Source: a plasmid. Taken from it: a stretch of 64,000 bases of DNA. Under the pieces are notes generated by a model. That model made no database searches. It worked only from the letters and a program-made list of their open reading frames with translations, and was not told the DNA's origin. The position numbers and the translations under genes are program-made. Positions 30,413-41,789 of this stretch are shown one piece after another (positions within the stretch are counted from its first letter, which is position 1; each line of letters starts with the position of its first letter). The stretch lies in sequence record NZ_CP110904.1; one strand, 5' to 3'.

Positions 30413-31479
30413 TGAGCGTGCCGGTGAAGAAGCTAAAAAAGTTACTTTTGGAAATTTTGGTTGCTGTCATGCTGTCATTTTCCCTGCCTGCAATGACCAT
30501 GGCCGCAGATACCGGCGTCCCGGGAGCAATGTGCCAGTCAGCTGGTGTGTGGCAGGGACTAATCAAAAATATCTGCTGGAGTTGCATCTTCCCGATGCGG
30601 ATCATGGGAATTGGTGCGGCACCTGAAGGTGCCGCACCCTCACGCCCCGGCTGCTATTGCACAGACCAAAATGGGATACCAGAAATCGGATGGCAGTTAA
30701 GTTTTTTCCAGCCAGTTAAAATCGTAGAAGTAGTGAAAAGCCCATGGTGCAGCCCATTTTTGGAGGGAACCATGTTGCAAAAATCACAGTTCGATATTGG
30801 CAAGAGCAATACTAACCAGCCTATGACTGCTACAGAAGCCGGATTCTACGACGTACATCTCTGGGAATTCCCGATCATGACAATGTTGAAATTGCTGATA
30901 ATCGGTGAATGTACAGCAGAACCTTATATTGATGCCAGTCTGACGTATATCAGCGAAGTTGATCCAATGTGGGAAAGTGATCTGTTGACGCTCGTGCTGA
31001 ACCCCGAAGCTGTGGTATTTGCAAACCCTATTGCCTCAATGGTATGTGCTGCTGACTGCGTGGCAGTGACTGCCGGAAAGGATAATTTGGCTGCCTATTT
31101 TTGTGCCGGTTGTGATGGTAACTTGTACCCGCTTACAGGGCACGTCTATGCGAATGATGATGCCGTCAGAACCAGTTCCCTTATTACACAACGACTACTA
31201 ACTAAGTTACATCGGCAAGGAATGCTAATGAGAACAATGGGAGCAGATGCAATGTGTGAGAAAACATGGGAATACTTCACTCCTCGTTCACAATATAGAC
31301 TTTCAATGCTTTACCCAACGCCAGAAGCTAAAGGGCCTGATTGCTGCCATAGGCTTGGTGACTCCGTACATGATTGGTCAACACTGAAAGGTGGACGAAA
31401 GAAAATAGGCATAGATAATTATGTCTATATGCTATGGAGATATAATGACTGTTGCGTCCGTTTTAATCCCGGTGCTTAA
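30412..31479 (+). CDS. trhU: TraU-like T4SS protein (Cys-rich periplasmic)
   Basis: GTG start, signal peptide, more than 15 Cys. Size ~355 aa, typical of TraU. Confidence 0.65.
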   Translation: MSVPVKKLKKLLLEILVAVMLSFSLPAMTMAADTGVPGAMCQSAGVWQGLIKNICWSCIFPMRIMGIGAAPEGAAPSRPGCYCTDQNGIPEIGWQLSFFQPVKIVEVVKSPWCSPFLEGTMLQKSQFDIGKSNTNQPMTATEAGFYDVHLWEFPIMTMLKLLIIGECTAEPYIDASLTYISEVDPMWESDLLTLVLNPEAVVFANPIASMVCAADCVAVTAGKDNLAAYFCAGCDGNLYPLTGHVYANDDAVRTSSLITQRLLTKLHRQGMLMRTMGADAMCEKTWEYFTPRSQYRLSMLYPTPEAKGPDCCHRLGDSVHDWSTLKGGRKKIGIDNYVYMLWRYNDCCVRFNPGA

Positions 31480-34400
31480 TTGCAGGAGGCTTTTAATATG
31501 AAAACTAGGAAATTAATTGCTTCAACAATTATTGCGTCTATGCTCGCAAATACTATGAGTTGGGCATTTTACGTTTCGCTCATTAACATGGTTATGACAC
31601 CAAAAATATACGCAGCTGATGCGATATTTGATCAGTTGGAAAACAATTTTGACCTTGCGAACCCCAACGCAAATCGAAATGCAACAACAAGTGCTCAGGA
31701 TATTGTAGAGAAGTACAAGAATGCTGATTCCGGGGAAAACCTGAGCGGAAAAATATCAGATAAATATGTAGGTAAAGCAGATTCAATAAACTTAGACGTT
31801 GGGAAGTACGGGGCGCTGAACTCAAACGAAAGTGTTATGAGTAATGCTGCATCTGACGGCAAGTCGATCGGTAAGACCGTACAGTTACCGAGCATGACGG
31901 GCGGTACGATCAACTCTAATTATACGAAAGAGGGGGCAAAGTTACTTTCCAGAGACAGTAGCGGTAACATTGGTATAAGTAACAACACGAATACAACGGC
32001 AGGAACCAAAACCAGTACAGGAGAGCTATTCAGCTCAGAGCAGAAGCACAGTGATATTCAGTTTAATTCCGGTGGCCGGTATGGAGATGAGGATGGATTC
32101 ATCAATGACATCAAAAATCGAAAAAGTCAGCTGTTTGAAGCGCAGAGTTACGATGGGGTTGCCTACCGTACACTGGTGAATGCAAATAAAGACAACCCAG
32201 CATCTAATATTAAACCTAACGACCCTATGTTCAATGCTGGCCGAAATGAAATTGGTAATGCTGTAGCCGGTACAGGCAACTGGCTACAGAGTTGCAATAC
32301 GGAAACAAAAAAACAAACTATTACTACGCACTATCCAGATTATAAAGAGTTTTACTGCAACTCACCCAAGAAAGATAACTTTAATAGTTGCACAATAACT
32401 CGTGATTTTTCCGTACCTGTTTATATCTCAGGTGGTAATGGTGATATGTCTATGTGCGGGGATAATTGTGTGAGGGTCTGGTTCGGCAGAAGAGACGACA
32501 ACTATTGGAACGATGGAGTATATGACAACTCATTAACCTTAAAATTTCATCCTGATGCAAAGCTTGCAACTGCGAAAATAATTAATGCAGAGTGGGATGA
32601 TCATATGAGGGTCACGCTTGATGGAACGCAGATTTTTGCTCACATAGATGGAGAATATAGAAGTAGCAATTATCCATCACCACAAGGGCCATGGGAGCTG
32701 AAAAAATCATGGAAGCTTGACAAAGTCTACGATATTACCGACCAGGTAAGAAACTCTGTATATCAGGAGGTGGACCGTGAAGTGACAATGGCGTCACGTG
32801 TTTGGGTAGGTGGCGGTGGGGAAGGCTATTTTGAAGTTGAGCTGACTTTTGAAAATATGAAGCTGGAGGATAAACATATACAGGAACCCGCAGGTTGTTT
32901 TGATGCAGTACAAACGCCGAATTCATTCTGTCGGTTTGACCGGTTTGTGAACATGGATGTCGGTACAAAGCGGCTCCCGGAAACTGTGCTTAAAATGGCC
33001 ACACCGCTTTATAAAGGCGATACCGGGTTCTTAACCTGGAAAACAAACCTTGAAGGTTACTTCTGTGATCCCCTGGCGAAGGAAAAGCTGTGCTCATATG
33101 ATGCGAAGGGAAACATCATGAAAGACGCCGCAGGAAAAGACCTCTGCTACAACTACGACGACATTAAAAATATGCCTGACGCTTGCGGCACATATAAAAA
33201 TGATGCTGCGTGTGTGCTCGATACACAGACTTGTGCAGAAGGTTGGTTCGATGAAGGCACAAATACATGCTACATGTATGAGCAGAAATATACGTGTGAC
33301 AGAGGTAAGGACGTCGTCAGAGAGGTAGAGTCACAGACTAACGCCTGTGTAGGTATGATCCCATGTTCTGGTGGAACATGCGAAACCGGCCCAAAAGAGG
33401 AAAACAATGATTTTGGGAAAGTGGCCGCGTACTCAAACATGGTTCAGTACATGCAGGGTGAGGCAAAATGCGAAGATCCCAACGACCCTAATTCCTGCTC
33501 CGTCTTTGAGGGGAAAGCAGAATGGTGCGGCAGGTCCGTTGGTTTTGTGAACGGGCTGGCCAAAACAGATTGCTGCGAACAGCCACAGGGTACCGCTGGC
33601 TCACTAGAGGCGATTATGCTGGCTGGGTCGATGATCCGAAACACGAACTGGACACGAGTGAATGCTCAGCTGGTAAGCTGGACCGGTGGGGAGAGTGGAA
33701 CCTGGGCTTCAATGGCTAACTCGGTTGGTGAATGGACAGCATCGGCAGGTAAAACTGTTGGTCAGATGTGGAACAATGTCACCAGTTCGCTAACCAGCGT
33801 CTACGAAAATGTGGCCGGTAACCTTGGGCGAACAGTAGGTTCATCCACTGCTGGTGGAAGTGGTCAACTTGCTAAGGAGACAATGAGCTCTTTCGGGCTT
33901 GGTACCCTTAAGAAGATGGCCATGGAAAAAGCATATGACTTGCTTCCCGATACAGTAAGGGACTTCGTTTTTAAAAATGTAGCGACAACGGGTGGCGAAG
34001 TAGTCTTTTCAGCAGCAATTCAAAACTTTATGCTTGCATTAAATGTCATTGGCTGGATTTATACCGCATATCAAATAACAAAAATGTTGCTTGAAATGCT
34101 TGTGGCCTGTGATCAAAAAGAAATGGAAGCGTCTATTCATAAAAATCAGAAATCCTGTTTCACACTGGATACTGAACGCTGTGTTAAATATCTCAATATG
34201 GGATTTACAAAGAAGTGTGTTAAAAAAGCAACAGACATGTGCTGCTACAATTCAATGTTATCTCGCGTGATTATGCAGCAGGCGTATCCTCAACTTGGAA
34301 TAGATCCGGTTGCTTCGAGTTGCGTTGGATTATCAATTAGTCAAATACAGAGATTAGATTTTGATAAGATCGATTTAACTGAATGGATTAACGATGCCGT

Positions 34401-34674
34401 CCAGGTCGGAGAAGTTCCTGATCAGTACGCTACATTCTCCGAGTCATCGATAACAGAAAATTCGCCATTTAAAAATGAAAATTACCAACTTCCATCCCAA
34501 AGAACGAAAGAATCAATGGGTGGTGAGGATAATATGATAAAAGCTAGACAGGAAAATAATCAGGCAATTAAAGAGGAGAATGTGGACTGTAGCTATCTAC
34601 CACGGCCCGCGATTTGTGAAGTTGGGTCAACTTATGTAGACCCAATTACTGGGAAGGAATTACCAAAATACTAA
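31480..34674 (+). CDS. trhN: TraN-like Cys-rich outer-membrane mating-pair stabilisation protein (1064 aa)
   Basis: Signal peptide. Many Cys-containing segments, especially in the C-terminal half. Position follows TraU as in F-like systems. Confidence 0.65.
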   Translation: MQEAFNMKTRKLIASTIIASMLANTMSWAFYVSLINMVMTPKIYAADAIFDQLENNFDLANPNANRNATTSAQDIVEKYKNADSGENLSGKISDKYVGKADSINLDVGKYGALNSNESVMSNAASDGKSIGKTVQLPSMTGGTINSNYTKEGAKLLSRDSSGNIGISNNTNTTAGTKTSTGELFSSEQKHSDIQFNSGGRYGDEDGFINDIKNRKSQLFEAQSYDGVAYRTLVNANKDNPASNIKPNDPMFNAGRNEIGNAVAGTGNWLQSCNTETKKQTITTHYPDYKEFYCNSPKKDNFNSCTITRDFSVPVYISGGNGDMSMCGDNCVRVWFGRRDDNYWNDGVYDNSLTLKFHPDAKLATAKIINAEWDDHMRVTLDGTQIFAHIDGEYRSSNYPSPQGPWELKKSWKLDKVYDITDQVRNSVYQEVDREVTMASRVWVGGGGEGYFEVELTFENMKLEDKHIQEPAGCFDAVQTPNSFCRFDRFVNMDVGTKRLPETVLKMATPLYKGDTGFLTWKTNLEGYFCDPLAKEKLCSYDAKGNIMKDAAGKDLCYNYDDIKNMPDACGTYKNDAACVLDTQTCAEGWFDEGTNTCYMYEQKYTCDRGKDVVREVESQTNACVGMIPCSGGTCETGPKEENNDFGKVAAYSNMVQYMQGEAKCEDPNDPNSCSVFEGKAEWCGRSVGFVNGLAKTDCCEQPQGTAGSLEAIMLAGSMIRNTNWTRVNAQLVSWTGGESGTWASMANSVGEWTASAGKTVGQMWNNVTSSLTSVYENVAGNLGRTVGSSTAGGSGQLAKETMSSFGLGTLKKMAMEKAYDLLPDTVRDFVFKNVATTGGEVVFSAAIQNFMLALNVIGWIYTAYQITKMLLEMLVACDQKEMEASIHKNQKSCFTLDTERCVKYLNMGFTKKCVKKATDMCCYNSMLSRVIMQQAYPQLGIDPVASSCVGLSISQIQRLDFDKIDLTEWINDAVQVGEVPDQYATFSESSITENSPFKNENYQLPSQRTKESMGGEDNMIKARQENNQAIKEENVDCSYLPRPAICEVGSTYVDPITGKELPKY

Positions 34675-34677
34675 ATG

Positions 34678-34702
34678 TAGGGGCTGTAAAGCCCCTTTAT
34701 TT
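34678..34702. terminator. Bidirectional terminator between convergent genes
   Basis: GGGGCTgtaaAGCCCC followed by TTTATTTTTATTTT. Confidence 0.7.
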
Positions 34703-35575
34703 TTATTTTGCTTTAAGAGTTTTTTCAGGGAAACCCTTCTGACCATATTCTCCTGCGAAAAGATAATAATCTTTACCGTTAATAGATGCAGCAACGCCAC
34801 CTGGGGTAGTGAATTTTGGACTGTCAGAACGGAAAATAATACCTGAGAAGTTAGTACTAGATTCATTGCCTTTAAATGGAATGAATACGTAACGAACTAC
34901 TGAATAATCACCGGCAGGTAGATTAAGTTGAGGGATTTCAGATCCAGACGCTGGGCGAATAACCTGGAAGCTGTACATGGACTTAGTCGGCATTACGTCG
35001 GCAGCTGGCTTTGAAGGGAGGTCGCAGGTACTCCATTTATTCATCACTGCCATATCAATCTTGCATGAAGCCAGAGCCGCACTTTGCTTCGAAGGATTGA
35101 ACCCGAGTGCCACCTGTGACTCTTTGGTGTGATTATAAACATATGCAGCACCGGCACGTACTAAGCTTTCATCGTTATAAGGAAGTTTTTTAGGGTTCGG
35201 GACAAAGACGACGTATTGGTTAACCTGGATATATTCAGCGTCAGAGGAGCTGTACATTGATCCCAAACTCATAATACTTAATCCACTGAGCCCTCCTGTA
35301 ACATAGCCCATAGAGCCACTAATTAGCAGTTTGGAAAGCAAGTTATCTGCATCGCCACCCGGCTGGACTGTTTCTTCATTAAAAGTAACGTCAAAACCGG
35401 CCAAAGAGTAAGCATTTTTGGCTACCGAGTCTTTAGAATTAGCATGCCAGTAGAGCCCATGAGTGTCGCTGTGCTGTGCAGAATTCGGGGTTTTACCAGC
35501 ATCCCGGGCACAACCAACCAGCGATGCACTGGCAACAAAAGCAGAAACCAGAGATACAAAACGTTTAGTTTTCAT
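34703..35575 (-). CDS. Lipoprotein (lipobox LVGC), function unknown
   Basis: MKTKRFVSLVSAFVASASLVGCARDA. 290 aa. Confidence 0.55.
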   Translation of the reverse strand: MKTKRFVSLVSAFVASASLVGCARDAGKTPNSAQHSDTHGLYWHANSKDSVAKNAYSLAGFDVTFNEETVQPGGDADNLLSKLLISGSMGYVTGGLSGLSIMSLGSMYSSSDAEYIQVNQYVVFVPNPKKLPYNDESLVRAGAAYVYNHTKESQVALGFNPSKQSAALASCKIDMAVMNKWSTCDLPSKPAADVMPTKSMYSFQVIRPASGSEIPQLNLPAGDYSVVRYVFIPFKGNESSTNFSGIIFRSDSPKFTTPGGVAASINGKDYYLFAGEYGQKGFPEKTLKAK

Positions 35576-35670
35576 TTGAGACCCTTCTTTGAATGATTTT
35601 TTTGTCTAGAAGCATTATTTCATACTCGTCAGTTTCTCAAACAACCAAAATGCAGAAAAAATGAAAAAAT

Positions 35671-37566
35671 GTGAAGCGAACAAAAACCAGTCTTGTAAAG
35701 AAAAATCCCTCTAAATTAAATCGTATAATCAGTGGGACTAAATATTCAGAGGCTTTTATGGGTAAACCAACAGATGAGCAAAGGGTCATCATTGAAAATG
35801 CAAACGCAAATAATATGGTTATTGCAGCACCAGGGTCTGGGAAGTCATTTACGATGATCGAGGCTGTGATCTCAATCCTCAGGCAGTTCCCATATGCCAA
35901 GGTTGGAATGGTCACATTTACTCGCGCTGCAACAAATTCATTGGCTGAAAAGCTGAAAAGTCGGTTAAGTAAAAAAGACCAGGATAGGGTGCTGGTAAAT
36001 ACTTTCCACGGCTTTATCCGGATGCAACTGGACATGGTCAACTGGAAGGGCAAGATGCTGATTAGCTCGGCACAGCGTTCTGTAATTCATCGTGCGTTAA
36101 AGGAGTCAGGCGCGCCTTTCCGTTACCCGGAAGCTGAATTTGCTATTGATGCGATTGGAAGGGAAATGGATACAGACATCATTTCAGTTCGCCATACGCG
36201 TCAACAAACCCACTTGTTCAACACATACCAGGCAATATGTCAGAAAGACCACGTAGCTGACTTAAATGCACTCTCACGTTTTGTCGTGGGCCAGATGCAC
36301 TCAGGAAAAATGCAGCCACTAAATTTGACGCATTTAGTTGTAGATGAGGTGCAAGACACCGACTCGATTCAGTATGCCTGGATCGCACTACATACAAGGG
36401 GTGGTGTTAACACGAGCATCGTAGGGGATGATGATCAGGCAATCTATTCTTTCAGGGCCTCCGGCGGGGTAAAAATATTCCAGCAATTTGAAAAACAATT
36501 CAGGCCAAACATATTTTATCTAAATACCTGTTTCAGGTGTGAACCAGAAATTCTTAAGGTTGCAGGGGCATTGATTGAAAAAAATGTTTACAGATACGTT
36601 AAGGATCTGCGTTCAGCTAAAAGTGGTGGTGGAAAAGTTAATTTCCGCTCATATGTTGATATGGATGAACAGATTCAAGGCATCCTCAATCTAATTAACC
36701 AAGACCCAAATGGCTGGGCAATCCTTAGCAGAGGTAATGCACATCTTGATCAGCTTGAAAGCCTCATAGAGCAGCCGGTTCTTCGTTATGGAGGCAAGTC
36801 CTTTTGGGATGAGAAAGAGACGAGCGACGTACTGCATCTGATGGCTTTCTTTCGGCAGTCCAACGATGTTCGATTAATGAAGAGGGTGCTGGCGCTTTTC
36901 GGTGAAAATGAAGAAGTTTTGGATCAAACAGCATTTAGCATGAAAGGGAGAAAAGTAACTTTTGGTGAACTGAGCATCCCAGATGCAAGTTCCCTGGAAA
37001 CAAGAACACTTCACTCAAACTTCACCCGGTTTACACAGGAGACTCGGGATAAAGTTGAAATCGAAAAGCGCTTCGCAAATCTGATTAAATGGATGGAATT
37101 GTCATCAATAAAAATGAGGACTCAGAAAGGTTCACCTTCACTGACACGAATTGCGTTAGATACCTGTAAGCAATGGGCTGAGAAAAATGGCTGGCAAAAC
37201 ATGATAAATCGAGCTGCGGCGATGTGTTTGGGGCCTAAAAAGAAGGATGAGGAATATACGCCGGATAAAGTAGTTTTATCGACATTGCATGGTTCGAAGG
37301 GGCTAGAATGGAAAAAAGTCATTATTATGAGTTGCAATGCTGACCAGATCCCAAGCAAGAGATCAGTGGGGCAGGAAGCGATTGAAGAAGAGAGAAGACT
37401 TCTATTTGTAGGATTTACACGAGCAGAACAACAGCTGCATGTAATGTGGTACGGTGATCCGTCCTTCTTTTTAAGCGAATGCGCCGAAGAAAAATTGAAA
37501 GAGGCAGCGAATATGAGAATAGAATCAAATTTAACAGAAGAATTTTCCAATCAGTATTTACAATAA
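35671..37566 (+). CDS. UvrD/Rep-family (SF1) DNA helicase
   Basis: Motifs AAPGSGKSF (Walker A), VVDEVQDTD (II), VGDDDQAIYSFRAS (III), STLHGSKGLEWKKVI (V), LLFVGFTRAEQQLHV (VI). True start may be the ATG at 35758. Confidence 0.75.
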   Translation: MKRTKTSLVKKNPSKLNRIISGTKYSEAFMGKPTDEQRVIIENANANNMVIAAPGSGKSFTMIEAVISILRQFPYAKVGMVTFTRAATNSLAEKLKSRLSKKDQDRVLVNTFHGFIRMQLDMVNWKGKMLISSAQRSVIHRALKESGAPFRYPEAEFAIDAIGREMDTDIISVRHTRQQTHLFNTYQAICQKDHVADLNALSRFVVGQMHSGKMQPLNLTHLVVDEVQDTDSIQYAWIALHTRGGVNTSIVGDDDQAIYSFRASGGVKIFQQFEKQFRPNIFYLNTCFRCEPEILKVAGALIEKNVYRYVKDLRSAKSGGGKVNFRSYVDMDEQIQGILNLINQDPNGWAILSRGNAHLDQLESLIEQPVLRYGGKSFWDEKETSDVLHLMAFFRQSNDVRLMKRVLALFGENEEVLDQTAFSMKGRKVTFGELSIPDASSLETRTLHSNFTRFTQETRDKVEIEKRFANLIKWMELSSIKMRTQKGSPSLTRIALDTCKQWAEKNGWQNMINRAAAMCLGPKKKDEEYTPDKVVLSTLHGSKGLEWKKVIIMSCNADQIPSKRSVGQEAIEEERRLLFVGFTRAEQQLHVMWYGDPSFFLSECAEEKLKEAANMRIESNLTEEFSNQYLQ

Positions 37567-37939
37567 TGACTCTATGTTGTATAAGAATATTGAGCTTTGT
37601 ATTATCGCTCCCACATTTCAAGTAACTGACAAAAGTTACTTTGCGCATTAAGCGCGGATTCAGCCGTGAAAAGCGGCCAGCTTACTTAAGCTGCAAGGCA
37701 CCACCGGCAAAATGTCACCTTTGTCGCTGGTGCCTTTCCTATGCCCGTAAAAAGGCAAACCGAATTTACCAAATCGTAACTAATTTAGCTCTTGATTGAG
37801 CTATTTTCGTTGCGTACTTCTAATGCCAGAAAGTATAAATCAGGCGGTTCATAGCTTACGGGAGATGAATGACAGGCTTTGCCTTTGTGTTGGAATATTC
37901 CATTATTCCTTCCTTCTTACTATATATAGGTGACCCCAA

Positions 37940-38815
37940 ATGTCTAAAAGCAAAGCACGCAGTAAAGCCCTTCTTCTGGCCTTCGCCGATCTGATTCCGG
38001 ATATGGACAAGGCAGTTAACAAGAAGTTATTGGAATCTCTGATTATTTACTCAGGGCATGATAATGACCTTATTGTTATTTTGAATGAAGACGGACCAAC
38101 TATAATTGAACTGAACTCTTTAAAATCGGTTTCTATGCTGGCCCAAAAGCTTTCAGCTTTTTCAACTTATTATCATGTAGAAATGCAGCAAATTCATGTC
38201 AATCCAATTGACTTTGAGAAGGCTTATAAGCTACTCAAAGAAGCACCTGCAATTCCCATGTTTAAAACTTTAGCTGAACTGGATAAGTTTTTAAATGAAG
38301 AGTTTGAAAAGTATGGGTTGAACACATTCCTTGATGTGGATGACCTAGATTATTCACTCGATAAATCCAGAGAGTTAAAAAATGATCAGTTGATTGCCTG
38401 GGTTTCTGAAATTATTGTGAAGCGCGATAAATTAGCATTGCGTAATCGCTTTAATGAAGTGACAAAGGCACATTATGAAACTGTAGATGCATTGTATGCA
38501 GCCGTCCGTCCCTTAATGAAAGAATTAGGTTTTCCTGATGAACTCATGCTACATACCTTTAGTGAATTGAGCGTTTTCGATTCCAAAGGCTGGGACCATG
38601 CTATCAAATCTAAAATTGAATTTCTCACAAAACGAGAAGCGCAATATTTAGATGACAAAATGAAGGCAGAAAAACGGCAGTTAACAATTGATGAACTTTT
38701 GACTCAAGCCAATAGCGCTAAAACAGCTAAAGAACCAAGACCTTTTGGTCAGACGTTTTGTTTTGCTGTTCTTGGCATGATGTCATTGATGTTCATTGTA
38801 AATAAATTTATTTAA
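37940..38815 (+). CDS. Hypothetical protein, C-terminal TM
   Basis: 291-aa ORF. No recognised domain. Confidence 0.45.
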   Translation: MSKSKARSKALLLAFADLIPDMDKAVNKKLLESLIIYSGHDNDLIVILNEDGPTIIELNSLKSVSMLAQKLSAFSTYYHVEMQQIHVNPIDFEKAYKLLKEAPAIPMFKTLAELDKFLNEEFEKYGLNTFLDVDDLDYSLDKSRELKNDQLIAWVSEIIVKRDKLALRNRFNEVTKAHYETVDALYAAVRPLMKELGFPDELMLHTFSELSVFDSKGWDHAIKSKIEFLTKREAQYLDDKMKAEKRQLTIDELLTQANSAKTAKEPRPFGQTFCFAVLGMMSLMFIVNKFI

Positions 38816-38873
38816 TCCTGTTAAGGGGGAACCCTGACAGGGCTTCTCTTTGATTAAAATGAGGAGAGAAGAA

Positions 38874-39251
38874 ATGTCACATCTTGAATATGTTAATGAA
38901 GTTAAAGTGTCCGGGATAGTTATCAGTGCAATGGAGAAAGAAATGACTGACGGTAACGTTGGGTTATTAATAAAGCTCAAAAACAGAATGAAGACTGAAA
39001 TTAATGGTGAAATCGCTGAGAGAGAATTTTCTATTCAAATCAAAGTGTCACCAGAAATGTATTCAGGCTGTTTCACTGGTATAAATCAAGGTGATGAGTT
39101 AATGGTCTCCGGTTATCTTGTTGTGGATATTGTCACGTTGGAAGGGAGAGAGCACCCTCTTGACTACATGAGAGTCGTTGCAACAAGTAAGTTAGCTCAC
39201 ATACCTAAACCCCCCAAGGGTTTTGGGCAAAGTAGCTTTAGACAGATCTGA
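38874..39251 (+). CDS. SSB-like OB-fold protein (putative)
   Basis: The pattern NEVKVSGIV...GNVGLLIKL...GEIAEREFSIQIKV...QGDELMVSGYL resembles the SSB/PriB OB-fold signature. Listed ORF starts at 38850. Confidence 0.35.
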   Translation: MSHLEYVNEVKVSGIVISAMEKEMTDGNVGLLIKLKNRMKTEINGEIAEREFSIQIKVSPEMYSGCFTGINQGDELMVSGYLVVDIVTLEGREHPLDYMRVVATSKLAHIPKPPKGFGQSSFRQI

Positions 39252-39311
39252 CATTTAAACCACCCTAAAGGGGAGAAATCCCTTCATGGGAGATCTCCCT
39301 TTGGAGGCCCC

Positions 39312-40298
39312 ATGAAACAAAAAATTAGCTCGACATCATTTATTGGTAAACAAATGGATTTTTTCTCTATATTCGATTTTGAAGAAGAGGAAAATGAAAT
39401 AATACCCATAGTTGAGTCTCCGCTTGAATATATAAATAATGCAATAGCCCAAAAGCAAAGCATGCAATCAGAAGAAAAACATTCTGTCCCGGAACTGGTG
39501 CCTCATGTGTCGGATGATGTTGCATTGCTAGGTCATTGTTCCAAATTACTCAACAATCAAATTCTGCATGGAATTAGTTTTGCTTCTGAAACTGATTATC
39601 TCTTCACTTTAGAAGAATACAATGCAGAATTAGGTGGTCTGGTTATCGACTGGGCTCCTGAAGATGTATATCAGTTATACGTCGTCGCAATGGAAGAGTC
39701 GTTGGAAAACGTTAAATATCTTGTCTTTACAAAATCACTCTATACAACTGATGAATTCGGAAATATCAAAGTGAATCCGCTTCTTGAAGCAGAAACACGT
39801 TGGTATATGTCGCAGTCATTTGAGCTTACATGTGCCACTCATGGTATAGATGCTATTGAGTTTAGGTCAGAGCTTAAAAAAAGCTTGTATGAATACACGC
39901 ACAGTTTTGAAAGTGAAAATGTTAAATTATCTCAATATCATCAGGATAAAGAGATTATTTTGCATGATTGTAAAGAAGATATGGGATGGGATATCTTTTT
40001 CGACCGTGACTATTTATTGGCAGAAAATAAACTGGCAGTAAAATGGACTGATCGGGATATAATGGATGTCTATTCTAAAGCATTTAAATCAACAATTAAT
40101 TTGTTTGAAAAACTTGTCGTAAATAACAAGTTAACATTAAGGGATACATCAGGTTGGGTTATCGTAAACCCTACATTTGAGCGCCAGTTCGAATGGATTG
40201 AATCTGAAGTATTCGAAATTGTAGGGACTCATCTTGGTTACAACGTTGATGCTATCAGAAAACAGATGGTTACAGCGTGTAAGATGACCTTCAACTAA
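39312..40298 (+). CDS. Hypothetical acidic protein
   Basis: 328-aa ORF preceded by a dyad element. Confidence 0.45.
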   Translation: MKQKISSTSFIGKQMDFFSIFDFEEEENEIIPIVESPLEYINNAIAQKQSMQSEEKHSVPELVPHVSDDVALLGHCSKLLNNQILHGISFASETDYLFTLEEYNAELGGLVIDWAPEDVYQLYVVAMEESLENVKYLVFTKSLYTTDEFGNIKVNPLLEAETRWYMSQSFELTCATHGIDAIEFRSELKKSLYEYTHSFESENVKLSQYHQDKEIILHDCKEDMGWDIFFDRDYLLAENKLAVKWTDRDIMDVYSKAFKSTINLFEKLVVNNKLTLRDTSGWVIVNPTFERQFEWIESEVFEIVGTHLGYNVDAIRKQMVTACKMTFN

Positions 40299-40357
40299 TA
40301 TGCCACTGGCAAACATCTGCCAGCGGGCGGTGTTTGCATTTTACCGGAGTTTTAAAA

Positions 40358-41410
40358 ATGACTAACGCCGCAACTATATTAGAAACCGAAAATTCATTAC
40401 TGGAAGAAAATATTGGTAATCTGTTACCCGCAAATGTTATATCTACAAAAGCATATGCGAATAAGGAACAATATTACCTGGTTAAGGCCAAAGATTTGTT
40501 TGGTATTCCTGAAATGTCCGAGGATATGATAGTTCCAGTATTTAAACGTTTATCTCCACATCGTGCAAACCTGAATAAGGATTATATACCGAATGCTCGT
40601 ATACTTGAGCAAGTAGTACAATTGCTCGTAAGTAACGATATAGATTTAAGTGTATGCCTGAAAGGGGAGTCTGGTTCTGGTAAGACTGAAATGGCAATGT
40701 ACATTAGCCATATGCTGAATTGGCCGCTAACCATAAAGCAAATCAACAGTAATATTCGTGCTGATGAACTTGAAGGTGAGCGTAGTCTCATTAACGGAAA
40801 CACCAGTTTTGTGCCCAGCGAGCTTGTAACGGCGTTTCAGGAAGGCCACCTCATTCTTCTGGATGAAGTGGACAAGATTGACCCTGATACCGCCGCGAAG
40901 CTGCATATGCCTATAGAGCGTAAGCCCTGGTCACTAGCCGCCAACGGTGGCGAAGTGGTTAATGCCAATAAGTTTACGCGGTTTATGGGTACAGCAAACA
41001 CAAACATGAGTGGGGGATCTCGTAAGTTCGTTTCATCACAGCGGCAGGATGCAGCGTTTATTAAACGCTTCCTGATTGTGGAGATGGAAAGGCCTTCAGA
41101 GGTTGCATTAACCAACGTTTTGCTTAAACGCTACAATAGCCTGCCTATGCTGGTAATTGAAAAATTCGTTTCGGTAGCCGTTGCAGTAAACAACATAGGA
41201 ACTGAAGACAGTGTAATGGATATTCGTCAGCTTGTGGCATGGGTTGGAACGTCGATGACGTTAAAGACCATGTCCTTACTGGATACGTTTAAAATTGCTT
41301 TTGCGTCGGCTCTGCCTGCACATGCCAGTGGTATGGTGCTGGAAGCCATCGATTTAAAACTCGGTGACGATAAGAACCGTACAATGGAGTATTACACTGC
41401 AAAAAAGTAG
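40358..41410 (+). CDS. MoxR/CobS-like AAA+ ATPase
   Basis: Walker A GESGSGKTEMA, Walker B ILLDEVDKI. Size and motif spacing resemble phage/plasmid CobS-like proteins. GGAG RBS precedes 40358. Confidence 0.7.
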   Translation: MTNAATILETENSLLEENIGNLLPANVISTKAYANKEQYYLVKAKDLFGIPEMSEDMIVPVFKRLSPHRANLNKDYIPNARILEQVVQLLVSNDIDLSVCLKGESGSGKTEMAMYISHMLNWPLTIKQINSNIRADELEGERSLINGNTSFVPSELVTAFQEGHLILLDEVDKIDPDTAAKLHMPIERKPWSLAANGGEVVNANKFTRFMGTANTNMSGGSRKFVSSQRQDAAFIKRFLIVEMERPSEVALTNVLLKRYNSLPMLVIEKFVSVAVAVNNIGTEDSVMDIRQLVAWVGTSMTLKTMSLLDTFKIAFASALPAHASGMVLEAIDLKLGDDKNRTMEYYTAKK

Positions 41411-41448
41411 TTATAGATGGGACGAGTTATCAGAAGGCTGAATGCCTT

Positions 41449-41718
41449 GTGACAGACTTTGCTCATCTTTCGTTTTACGGTTTTTTGAGTGCAGACGGGG
41501 ATGAAACTTTCGCGATTGCACAGGAAGGAAATCAATATATAGGTCTTAAGCAGCACAATAATGATTTTTCATTTATTTGTTATCAAGATTGTGACAAAGA
41601 TATGGAAGCCATGATTAAGGGCCTTGAATCAAAAGGATTCATGTATCAAGGAAGTATTCAATCGACGTCTGTCGAGAGTGAATTTCCTGGAATTCTTTTA
41701 ACAACACTTGAGAAGTAA
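41449..41718 (+). CDS. Small hypothetical protein (89 aa)
   Basis: ORF only. Confidence 0.3.
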   Translation: MTDFAHLSFYGFLSADGDETFAIAQEGNQYIGLKQHNNDFSFICYQDCDKDMEAMIKGLESKGFMYQGSIQSTSVESEFPGILLTTLEK

Positions 41719-41789
41719 TAATCTTAACCCTATCGGGAAATCTTTCCCGACAGGGAGGTTTTCCCATTTTTTTAATCTGGAGAAAACCT